Positions 35,733 to 47,800 of a DNA stretch of 64,000 nt are shown here, in pieces. The DNA comes from Ministeria vibrans ATCC 50519 (Eukaryota > Protista > Filasterea): positions 25,753 to 89,752 of the forward strand of contig CALSCP010000572.1 in the NCBI GenBank assembly GCA_943704425.1, in the 5' to 3' direction. Below the pieces are notes generated by a model that was not told where the DNA came from, searched no databases, and was given only the letters and a program-made list of their open reading frames with translations. A program made the position numbers and the translations under genes. Numbering within the stretch: the first letter of the stretch is position 1; every line of letters starts with the position of its first letter.

Positions 35733-38700
35733 ATGAGTCTTGCTCGGATTTGCGTCTGTGCCTTGCTTTGTGTCTGTCTGGCCCTGCTCGCTACGGTACT
35801 AAGCGCGTGGAAGACTCCGCTTGAGATTTTTGACCGTGTCGTCTCAACTCCCTTCTATAAATAAACTCTCTCCTTAGACTACCGCTGCGCCCTTGCACGT
35901 GGCACAACACACCTCTCTTGGGGTTGATACCCCTGCCGATGTTGACGTGAGCAACGCGCTTGCCTGCTTTGTCGGCAGCACAACGGGAAATCTGTTTGGA
36001 GAGCATCTCGGTGGTGGCACGGACGCCTTTCTCGAGTGTACGCTGGCAGCGAACGCCTCGCACGCGCTCATGGCAGTGCAACTGGGTACGCCCGGTGTTG
36101 ATACTCTTGCTGCCGTTGTGGTGGACGGCGTTTCCTCGGTCGTTTTCGCCGTCGGCACAACCACAAGCGCAAATTTCTCGCAACTCCCTCTCGGCGCCCC
36201 TCAAGGCGACAACGACGCCGTGTTGCTGGCGTACGCCACTGACTCGTGGACGCCGATACTCTCCGCTGCGTTTGGCACCACCAACGGCTCGGACACGGTG
36301 GAAAGCGCTGCGGGTGAACGCGCGTCTGAAATGGACGCCGTGCATGCCATCCTCGTGGCTGGCAGCACGACGGGCGTCGTGTCAGGCAGCACCAGCGCAG
36401 GGGGCTCGGACATGCTTGTCGTGCGATTGAACGCAACCACGGGAGTGCAGCTGTGGAGCGCGCAGTTTGGCTCGGCCGAGCACGACAGCGCCACCGCAAT
36501 CGTTTTCTCTGCCGCGCACGGGCTGGTGCTCGTGGCAGGCACTACAGAAACCGCAACAACATTCCTTGGGATTTCCTCTCCGCTGCCGGGCAAGGCAATT
36601 CCCGTGCTTCTCGCGCTTCATGTTTCCTCCGGGTCGCTCGCGTACGCCGTTGCCGCGTCAGTCACCGGCACGTCGTTAGTGTTCGCCATTAGCGTCCACG
36701 GCCCTGTTGCTGTTGTTGCAGGTGCCACAGAGGGCACAATAAACAATGCCACAGCTCTGACAAGCTCGACCACCTCAGGATTTGCGTGGGCAGCAAATAT
36801 CTCCGCCAGCGGCGTTCACATCCAGTCGAGGCTCGTGGTCCCCGACGGCACCCTTCATTCGGTAATCCACTCCCGCGACGGATCTCGTCTTTATGTAGCG
36901 GGCACCACCAACTCGACGCTAACGACCGCCGTCGGTGGCTGGGATGCGTTTGCCATGGAACTGTCTTCCAATTCAATGTCCATCCTGTGCTCCGAGCAGA
37001 TGGGCACTCCCCTTGCCGACTCTGCTGTTGCTGCCGCCATTGTCCCTGCTGCTGCTGCTGCTCCCTCCGGATCCAATAACAACACCGATCAACTGCTTCT
37101 ATTCGTCTCGACTGCCGGTAGCTTCTCTGCCAACGCAGAAAACGTCGAAGGTGCGGTCGACCTTGCCATGGTCACGGTCTTCGGCGATCCGTGTGCCGCA
37201 TCCCCCTGTGCCAATGGCGGTGTGTGCGTAGCGGCACCATCGTCGTCGTCGTGTGCCTTTACCTGCAGCTGCCCCGCAAACTTTACCGGTGCTCTGTGCG
37301 AGGATGACGTTAATGAGGTATACAATAATTATAAAAAAATAATTATTATTATGTCTTTTCCTTTTTCTATCTATAGAGCAGCTTATAATAAGACTGTCTC
37401 TTCAGTATCAGTTCATCTATGGAAAATTAATTATTATTAATACTCTTTGCGCTTAAATAATAATTATTATTAGTGCCTGACGAACCCGGATCCGTGCAGC
37501 GGACTGCCGTGCGCCAACATCATTGGGGGATACCTTTGCGGCTGTGTGGGCACGACGCGTCCCGATGAAATGACCACCATCTACGGCAATGGTGGCCCAA
37601 ATGTCGACGATGCACAGGGTATTGCGGTCGACCAGAGGCGCGGCCGTGTGTTCATGGCTGGATATACAGCGACTGCGGGTGTGTTCAACGCGCCGGGGAA
37701 CCGCCACGGCTCTCTCACTCGCTTCCAACCTGGCAACTTCCATCCGCCTGTGTGGACCGTGACCTTTGGAGCTTTAACTTATAGTGCAGCGACGATGCGC
37801 CTGGCCGTGGATGAGTCTACTGGAATTGTGTATGTCCCTGCCACCGCGACCGAGGGTGTTAACGGTGAAGCACGTGTTGGCGGATACGATGGCGTGGTGG
37901 TTGCGTTTGATGGAGACTCGGGAATGACGTTGTGGAGTCGCATGTTGGGCTCCACAGGCCACGATGCGCTAAAAAACGTTGTTTCCGATGGGGCGGGCCG
38001 TAGCGTGTTTGCTGTGGGCATCACCAGTGGCAACCTGCCCGGCTACAGCAACCCTAATGGTGATGACGCCATCATCTTTGCCCTGAACTCTTTTAACGGC
38101 TCGACTCTGTGGCAGTATCAGGCTGAGAGCTCCGAATCCTATTTCTACGCAGCTGCCGTGCACCAGGAAAGCAACCGCCTGTTTGTAGTGGGCAGTGCCA
38201 GGTACTCCATTGGAAATGTGACTCATCCGTCGCCTAACGTACAACATGCGCTGTTGATGGCACTGGATGCCACCACGGGCGAGCTGGTGTACGCATTCAT
38301 CGCGGATCAGGGGTGGCTATCCGACGTATCCTTGGACCGTGCGCGCGGGCTTCTGTATTCCACAGGCTTTGCGTCAACCACTGTCTTCCAAGGCGTAACG
38401 ACGGGCTCCAAAGGCATCATATGGGCGGTCAATGCAACGTCCGCTGCTACCGAGTGGGTGTATGCTATGCCAGGGAGCTCACAGAGTGTGTTGTACGCTT
38501 CGTACGACTCGCTCGGCGACACACTCTACTTTGCCGTGTCCGACTCCGACATTCTTGGACTCACGAGCATGGGAAACAAGGACGTCAACGTAGGGGTGTT
38601 CAACGTGTCCTCGCGCTCCCTCTCCCATGGTTTCCTCGTGGGCACGCGAAGTATCGATTTGGCCGGACAGATTGCCGTGTTTCCAGCGCTCAAGACCTTT

Positions 38701-41700
38701 TATGTCCCATTCAGTTCCTTTGAGAGCAACTCTTTGGGCATCTACGACCAAGACCTTGCGATGTATGCTGCCGAATTTTGCTCTGCACCCGCCGCTTGTG
38801 CTTCTTCCCCGTGCCTCAATGGCCAGCCATGTGTGAACACTGTGAGCGGATTCCAATGCTCCTGCACCGGCTACTCGGGCGCGTTGTGCGAGACCAACAT
38901 TGACGAATGTGCCAACATTAACCCGTGCTTCAACAACTCGGCGTGCACCGACACGCCGGGAAGCTACTCGTGTGCCTGTGATCCGTCGCGGACGGGGAAA
39001 AATTGCGAAACCGATATTGCATCACTGCCCTCGTCGTGCTCAGAGCTGCTGGCGCGCAACTCGTCGACCCCAAGCGGAACATACGCGTTTCTGGTGCAAG
39101 GGGCTCTGGTGGAGCTCTCTTGTGACATGGACACGCTTGGTGGCGGCTGGACGCTTCTGGCCAGCTCCAACGGCAAGGATGCCTTCCGCCTCGCTGGCGA
39201 TTCCGCGTACGCGGGTGACCCGACACAGTATGAGCGCTATATTGTTTCAAAGAGCCTGCGAGCGCACTTTAGCAATTCGAGTGCGACGCAATCGGGCTAT
39301 TTGGAAACAGCAGTGCTGTTCATTGCGGGGCGTGCAGCCGGCACCACGCACAAACCGTACATTCACGTCAATCGTCCACCCTTCTCGGAGAGCTTTGCTG
39401 ACCCCTCGGTGGAAACGGAGGAGTACCCCGTGCGCATCGCACGAAGCTCGGGAGAGGTGGATGGATACATGGGCTGGAGCAGAACAAGAAACTCGCATGG
39501 TGGGGACTTTGGCATTTCCCTTGTCCCATTCGACCATCACCGCAACATTTACTATTTACTGAACAACAACTGCATAAACCAGTGCTTTTTCTCGATTGGA
39601 AGCTTTTACAGCTCGCTGCCCGAGGGCATTCCAAATTGTCGCGACACAAAGACAATCTTTCAACTGGCCGTGCGCGAGCCTTGTTTGTTTAACGATGGCT
39701 GCGCGTGTACACACACCAACTGCTTCAACGGAGGTTCGTGTGTACAATCGATGAGCAACTACACCGAGGGTGGTACGTGCGCTTGCTTGCCTGCGTACAC
39801 GGGCGCGCAGTGCGAAACGGAAGTTGACGAGTGTGCTTCCATGCCGTGCACGAACAATGCGACATGTGTAGATGGTGTTGGTCACTTCGTTTGCAACTGC
39901 TCGACCGGATACACGGGCGTCCACTGCGAGACGAACATTGACGAGTGCGCATCGAGTCCCTGTGGCATTGGTGGCACGTGTACAGAGCAGGGACTGGATT
40001 TCTTTACGTGTACATGCTCTGCAGGCTACACGGGCGTACACTGCGAGACGAACATTGACGAGTGCGTTTCCTCACCCTGCAGCAATGGCGCCACGTGTGT
40101 CGACGGCGTGGACGAGTACACGTGTGTGTGTGCCGGCGGCTACATGGGCTCACTGTGCGAGACGGACATTGATGAGTGTTCGTCTGTGCCGTGTCGCCAC
40201 GGTGCCACCTGCTCGAACTTGCCCGGTAGGTTCGAGTGTGCATGTGTAGCGGGGTACACTGGCGTGGCGTGCGAGACGGACATTGACGAGTGTGCGTCGG
40301 CGCCATGCGCGTGGCCTCGCGTGCGCTGTCTGGACCTGCGGGACAAGTACGAGTGTGTGTGTCCCGAAGGGGTTACGGGAGTCAACTGTACGCAGGATCT
40401 AGACGAGTGTCAATCGTCGCCGTGCCTACGCGGCAGCACGTGCACAAATCTGTTTAACGCATTCAACTGCACGTGTCTGCCAGGCACCGCGGGTGTCCAG
40501 TGCCAATCGGACTGTTTGTCCAGCGACGCCGCGCAGCTCACGGGCTGTGAGAATGTGGGCGGTGGCGTTACCGTCAGCTCGCAGAGTGGTCTCCAGGATC
40601 TGACCGTGTTGGGTGAGCTAGAGGTGATTCGGGGCAGCATCACGATTAGAGACACAAGCTCGTTGAAGAGTGCCGTTGGGTTTAGCGCGTTGCTTGCGGA
40701 TGTGCCGGGCAACCTGGAGATCCGGAACAATGCAGCCCTGAGCACACTTTCGGGTTTGAACGGTTTGCGGAATGTCACGGGCAACGTCGTGATTTCGGGC
40801 AACCCTGTGCTGGAGACGCTCGCGGGTCTGGGTGGCCTGGAGTCTGTGGGCGGCTCCATTGCGATTACGGACTGCGACAATTTGCGCAACCTCACGGGCC
40901 TTGGGAGTGTTTCGGCTGCAGCATCGGGTCTACTGACGGTGACGTTGCGTGGTAACAAGGAACTGTCGTCGCTGGCGGGCTTTGAAGGGGTGGATTTAGC
41001 CGGCGGCACACTGGTGATTGAGAATCTGTCGGCGCTCACGTCGTTGGAGGGCATCACAGAAGCGAACCGTGTCGGCCGGGTGGTGGTGAAGGACAATAGC
41101 GCACTGATCGACCTCTCTGCGCTGCGACACTTGTCCTTGACCGGCACACACCACATTGAGATCACGAACAACACGGCGGTGGAGTCACTCGAGTACGTGA
41201 ATGGCAACTCGGGCTCGAATGGTCGCCGGCGTGCCGTGACACCCTGTGTGCTGAGCGACTCGCTCGTGGGCTCTGCGGATCTTGTGATTGTGATCAGCAA
41301 CAACCCATCGCTGGCGTCGATTGAATGCGACGTGTCGGGCATCACGGAGGCGCGATCGATCCGCATTACCGGGAACACCGCGCTGCGGACCATCGAAGGC
41401 TTCAGTGGTGTCACCTCCATTCACGACGTGCTGGAGGTGTCGGGCTCGCCTGTCTTGGTGGACCTCGGTGGCTTTGGCGCTTTGACCACGGGCGACATTC
41501 TTGTGCAGGGCAACGGTGGAGCGAATGCGACGACACCGCTGGCTCTGACGCTGTTCTCGGCACTGCCGGCCACGTACATCGGCAATATTTCGCTGATTGG
41601 GAACCCGTCGCTGAAGTACGTGCCACTGTCGAGTCTCGTGACGCTGTACGGTACACTCTTGGTACGCACCAACGGTAATTTGGACGACCTGGGCGACGGC

Positions 41701-44109
41701 AGCACGGCGGTGCTGGACACCATCTATGGGTCATTGGTGTTGGAGGGGAACACGGTGCTTAGTGCGCTGACGGGCCTTACAGCTCTTACGCTTGTGACAG
41801 GCAATATTGTGGTGGCCACCAACACGGATCTGTGCACGAGCAACTTCATTGACTTTTCCACCGTCTCCTTGTCTGCCCCAGCGCTGGACGACGAGACGCT
41901 GGCGTGTTCGCTGAGCGAGCTGCGCACGACGCCGACGACGGATGCTACGTCGGCGGCTCGCAACACGGATCTGCTGGTGACAGTGGCGAGCGGCAGCAAG
42001 TGGCTGTCGGCGGGCAACACGTCGCTGGCGGCAACGGTGATTCTCACGTCGCTTGCGGATGTGATCACCTTCTCGTCGTCGGTGTCCACCACCGAGAACT
42101 CCAACGTGACACAGGGCGTGTTTGATACGCTGTCGGGTCTGACACAAAGCTCGAGTGTACAGACACTGCGCGCAGACGCGAAAAGCAACGGGCTTGTGTC
42201 GTTGGCCGATTCCTACGGCGCGTACTTGGAGAAATTTTTGCCATGCGACAGCGCACGGAATCAGGCATCGGCGTCACTGAATATGCAGCTGCAGCGAACG
42301 GCAAATGCAACTTTGCTGACGGGCACCTACGCGTCGTCGGCGTCGACCAAGACAGCGACGCAGGCGACGTTTCTAGCGCCGGTGGGTGTGTCGGACCTCC
42401 TTGTACCGTCATCGTGCCACAATGGGCGCTTCTTTGTGTACGCGAGCAATCCCTACAGCGATGGCAAGGACAACGGGCTGCTGAACAGTGCGCTGGTGAC
42501 GTTCTCTCTGGGCACGGGTCAGACAATCAGCAACCTGGACAACACAACGTCATTCATCATGGTAATTCCGCACAACGAGGGAGCGGTGAGCTCAGAGAAT
42601 CGCTCCTGTGTGTTTTGGAATGTGAGCGAGGCGCAGTGGAGCACGGCGGGCTGCGAGCTAGTGGCGATGACGGCAATCAGCACGACGTGTCGCTGCAACC
42701 ACCTGACATCGTTTGCCGTGCTTGGCGGCCTCGACGCGGCCACGTCAGCGGCGGACGCTCTCGCGTTGACCGTGCTTACCTACATTGGATGCATTGCGTC
42801 GATGGTGGCCATTTCGTTCCTCTGGCTGTCGCTGGCACTGCTACCAATGCTGAGGAAACGTCCGATGCTGCTGTTGCTGAGCCTGAGCATTGCGCTGTTT
42901 GTTGTCAACCTTGTGTTCCTTGCGGGCATTGACCGTACGAGCAGCGCGGTGGGCTGTCGCGCGGTCACCGTGCTGCTATACTACTTTCTTCTGGTGTCCT
43001 TCTTTATGTCGGCGTGCATTGGTCACAATCTGCGCTTCTCGCTTGTGACCGTGTTTGGGACGCCGACGCCGCTGCGGTACTACTTGCTTGTATCGTGGCT
43101 GTTGCCGGTGTTTATGACGGCCGTGGCCGTTGGCATTGACTATGGGATTGGGCAGAAAGTGGGGTTTGCCGGCTCGGCGACCTCGTGCTGGCTCAGCGAG
43201 CGCTGGGGGCTTATTGGCGCCTTTTTGCTGCCCGTTGCGCTAATTCTCTGTGTCAACCTCTTCTTCTTCATTTCGGTGACGCTCGAGCTGCGGCGGTCGC
43301 GGCTAAACCGCGCAAAGAACGGCGTTGCTGCGGCCACGTCGGGCACGACGGGCGAGCTGATTATGCATCTGGGGATGGTAATGAGTCTGGGGCTTGCCTG
43401 GCTGTTTGCCTACTTGGGACTGTCGGGTGTTGTGGCGTTCTGGTATCTCTTTGTGCTGTTCAATGCGTTCCAGGGACTGATGTTGACCCTGATCTTTGTG
43501 GTGCGTGGGCGGGCGGGCAAGGAGTGGCGCAAACTGCTGTCGAACAAGTTCCCTTCTCTCTTCGCTGCGCCCTACGATTCGACGGCGTCGCGTCCGACGC
43601 GCTCTACCACCACCGTGTCGTCCAAGAAGGCGCATTCAAAGCTAATCGTAATTGGCGACACAAGCTCCGACTCGGCCATGACGTCACTGGCGCCAGAGAG
43701 CCAGGCCGAGTACCTGCAAGCGGGAGGCATGTCCGGCAACGACATGTCGATACGCAGTGCAGATCAGGCGCGCCAGGTGTTCATCGAAGACGACTCCCTG
43801 CTCGAGGGCATAACCAAGTCAAAAAGGGACAACAACGCGCGCTTTGAGTTTACGACTGCGGATGTGACGCCCAGCATGATGGATGATCTGGAGCAGAACC
43901 CGGCGCTCTATGGGATGGCGTCGGTGGGGGATCCGGAGAGCGAGGACGCCAGTCGTTCGGGTGCCATCGACAACGACGACAACGACGACGACGACGATGA
44001 TGACGACAGGGGCCACGACACGTTGTCGGGCGATGGCCAGGGCAAAGGGGCACACATGAGCACCGTTGACATGGGTCCTGATCTGCGCAATCCTGGCTTA
44101 AATGTTTAA
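35733..44109 (+). CDS. Adhesion-class GPCR B: signal, two beta-propeller-like regions, about 11 EGF, fibrinogen-like N-terminal motif, receptor-L-like leucine repeats, GAIN/GPS adjacent to 7TM (about 2712 aa)
   Basis: Exons 35733-35795, 35878-37317, 37474-44109 in frame. Propeller-type repeats (GGSDMLVVRLNATTGVQLWSAQFGSAEHD; GGYDGVVVAFDGDSGMTLWSRMLGSTGHD). SCSELLARNSSTPSGTY...CDMDTLGGGWTL. LEIRNNAALSTLSGLNGLRNVTG repeats. CVFWNVSEAQWSTAGC...CRCNHLTSFAVL is followed directly by the 7TM (FNAFQG). Confidence 0.9.
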
Positions 44110-44866
44110 TCGTGAATATTTTGGTGTGTATATGTGTGTGTTTTCTTGCCACTCTATACAACTATACATTTGAAATTATTTTAATCTTTTGATTGTTGAT
44201 TGTAGCTCCGTCGATCCAAAGGTAAAAAAACACATTTAGCACCAAACACTAACCAGTAGGCCGGGCTAGTCAGCTAGGGACTAGGGGCTAGCTATTAGCT
44301 ATAGCTTTATTGGGTTAAACAGGTGCTGGGAATAATGGGATCGTAGTGAGGCAAGAGGCAGAATAATTTATGACGATTGCAGCTGACGTGTTATTTCTAT
44401 TGACTATTTCCTTCCGGCGATTTGATTTGAATGATCATGGGGACTGCTGTCAGTGCGAAGTCAGTGCTGTGTCTGTCTCGGCCTGCCGTTCTACGCGCGC
44501 TCGTAGGCCCGCCCACTATAGCTGAGTTACACCTAGTAGGTGGCTAGAGTCGAGGCCATCCAAGGCGTGTGTATCAAAGGAAAATTCAATATTTTAAAAC
44601 AATAATAATAATAAAATAAAATTAATTAATTTAGAAATCCGAATAATTTTTCAGATTTATTTTATCTTTCTCAGACACTCTTTCGCGCACCAACGTCTCT
44701 CTGCACCAACAAGCCTCGTCCATCTCCTCGATCGCCCTCTGTAGCTTCGTCAGCGAGACGCCCTTCCCCCTTCGATGATTTCGACAAGGTCTGTAGATTT
44801 CCCTCAGTGTTGCACTGTGCTCCACGCTCCTTCTGCCCAGCCTCCAATACGCCCCGCCGCCATCGC

Positions 44867-47800
44867 ATGACCTACCCCACCCTGTTGTAAGCCCCCTCCC
44901 ACCCCCCGTGGCTCGTCGTCATGCCTTGAAACAGCTCAACTATTCATCTTTGCGAATCTGTCTCTGACGTCAATAGCTGAAACTTTTTTCTTTTTTTTTG
45001 TTTTCTCTTTTCGACAGATCGATTATTTTGCTCGCGCCACTGTTGGCCCTTGCTGTGGCGACGCTGGAGACGTGTCCGCCGGGAAGCATGTGGACGCCCT
45101 CGTCAATTTCGTCTACGCAGGGCGACTCCCTCTCACGCCCTCTGTACACAGTTCTGGAAGAGGATCGGAGTGACCTCATTTCCATTTATGAAGTAAGTTG
45201 CGATCTCTCAAACGAAACCGCCATGGATCCCAACCGGGCAGCCGGGCACCCCCTCACCTACCCGACCCCCCCACCCACCGTCTGCCTCTCATTCCCGTGT
45301 GTTTTGTTGTCTTCTTGGCAGACTTCGTCATCGAGTTATTTTGTCGCGTGCAATACTTCCGCGGTTGATATTACTTGCGCGTCAAGACTGCCCGTGACGT
45401 TCTTTTTCGCGCCGCTCAAGGGGATGGCAACTCTGCACGTCGACAACGCCGACGGGTCGTCGACACGCTACTCCGTTGGCATCACGTCTACACGCACGGC
45501 TGTGATCAAAGACTTATTCGCTGCCACCGAGACGGTCTCTCACGATTCGGCTTTCACCGCCGACAAGTGGGGCGGCATGTTCAAGTGGGGTGGTAACGTG
45601 ATTGCCGTCGGCGTCAACAAGCTCTCGAGCGGCGACACGCACCCCGTGTTCTTGACATGCGATGCGGATCTTGACAGCTGCACACACTTCACCTACACCG
45701 GCAGCAAAATGAGCAACGTCCGAATGCAAAGGTACCCGTCATATAATATATAATATGATTGTATATATAATAATTATGTAAATTATTTTGATTGTATACA
45801 TAATATCCTTATTTATTCATGCCATTTGTGTAGTGTCGTCGCCAATGCGGCAAACGGTGACATGTTCTTTGGGGCCACTAGTCACTATCCCTCTGGCTTT
45901 GACACCGTGCTGCTGCGCTGTCCCCCCGACGCCTCGTCAAACGACGATTGTGTCAGCATGGCGGCAGACGTCAACAGCACCTGGTCCATTCGTCCGCACA
46001 TTGCGTACGACGGAATCAGCAATCAAGTGATTGTCGCAGGGCGTCAGGGACCCAACTTGCGTCTTCTGCTATGCGCGGATTCACTCGACGCGTCATGTAC
46101 CGAAGTGACTCTCTCGACCTTGGACGTACGATATCGTCGCCCGCGTCCCATCGTCGTAGGCTCCACGCTCTACATCGTCTCGGCGGGCCAGAGCGATACA
46201 CTCGGCACCACCGGCACGTACATCCACACGTGTGCCCTTCCCTTCAGCACCTGCACTTCCACCATGATCCATTCAACGCTTGCCGCCGAGCGGGGCATCA
46301 GCCAGTACGCCCTCTCGGCCGACCCCGTCGCGCTCTACATTACCTTTCTGTCCGACGAGACGCTCGGCCAGATCACCACTCTCAGTTGTCAGACGGAGCG
46401 CTGCCATTCCAACCCGTGCAAGCATGGTAGCACCTGCAACAACGACCGGACCCTGCCCATATGTACCTGCACACCTGGTGCGTCCGGCTTGCACTGCGAC
46501 ATCGTCGGGGCGTCGACGGCGTGTCAGTCGGGCCCCTGCCAGAATGGCGCGATTTGCGTCCCCGCCGACAATGACTTCAGGTGCATGTGTTCGCCGGGCT
46601 ATGCGGGTGCCGTGTGCGCCGAAAACGTCAACGAGTGTGCCTCGCAACCGTGTGCCAATGGCGCCACCTGCCTCGATGGCGTCAATGGGTACACGTGTGC
46701 CTGTCACAGTGGTTATATCGGTTATCACTGCCAAATTGACGTGGACGAGTGCATCTCGTCGCCCTGTCACAACCTGGGCACTTGTGTGGATGCAGCCAAT
46801 GGTTTTGCGTGCCTCTGCATGACGGGCTATTCGGGTGTTGCGTGCGAGTCGGATATTGACACGTCCATTGCAGACCTCTTGAGTATCCCGTCCTCCGCTA
46901 CCCCGGAGTCAATGGCGGAGAGCAGCGACGTCCTGCATACCATCATTGACGATGGCAACTGGCTTGCTGCGTCCAACCGCACTCGCGCCGCCGAGGCCGT
47001 CGCTGCGTCTCTCGAACAGCTCTCCCAAAATGCGCTCCAGGCGAGCTTGAACCTTCTTCGTGGCAATGGCTCCGTCGACCCGGCCCCCACCGACTTTGCA
47101 CTCGACGCACTCCACATGTGCGACAAGATCCTTTCGACGGAGTCAACGCGCACCGTCGTTCTCCAAGAGTGGTATGTGGGACCTACACTGGCACGCGCCG
47201 CCAGCATCGCCCTGCGCACAATTGTCTTCGGCAGCGCCTGTGGCGAGTTGGTGCGCTCCAGTCGCCAGAGCTACACCTCCTTCGATTATCTAGCCAGTCG
47301 TGTCAGCTCCGTCGTTGACCTGGCGACCGATCACGCTCTCGGTGGCGTGTCTGTACGGGTGCCTCAGGACTTCTCCGACGAGTACGCTGGTGAACCTAAC
47401 CTGGTGCCCTCCAGTCCTTGCTCGATCCCGCTAGGTCTACTTGTCTACTCGGGCGTCCCCTTTCCCACCCGTCGCTCCAACAACGGCGCTGCAAGCAACA
47501 ACAGTAACACTAGTAACGACACGCTTGTGCTCGACTCGAGCGTTGTGTCGTTTTCGGCGGGTGCCACTCCCGTATCCGATCTCTCGAAGAACGCAAGTGT
47601 GCTCCTGCGCATTCCCATTGGTGTTGCGCCCGCCAATGGCGTGCCCTCGGGCGCCACTCGTCGCTGTATGTACTGGTCGTATGTTGAGGACGGCTGGGCC
47701 AGCGACGGGTGCACCCTTGTCGAAGAGACGGCCACGCACGTCCTGTGTCGTTGCAATCACTTGACCAACTTCGCGGTGCTTTTTGAGCCTCCCTCGTCGA

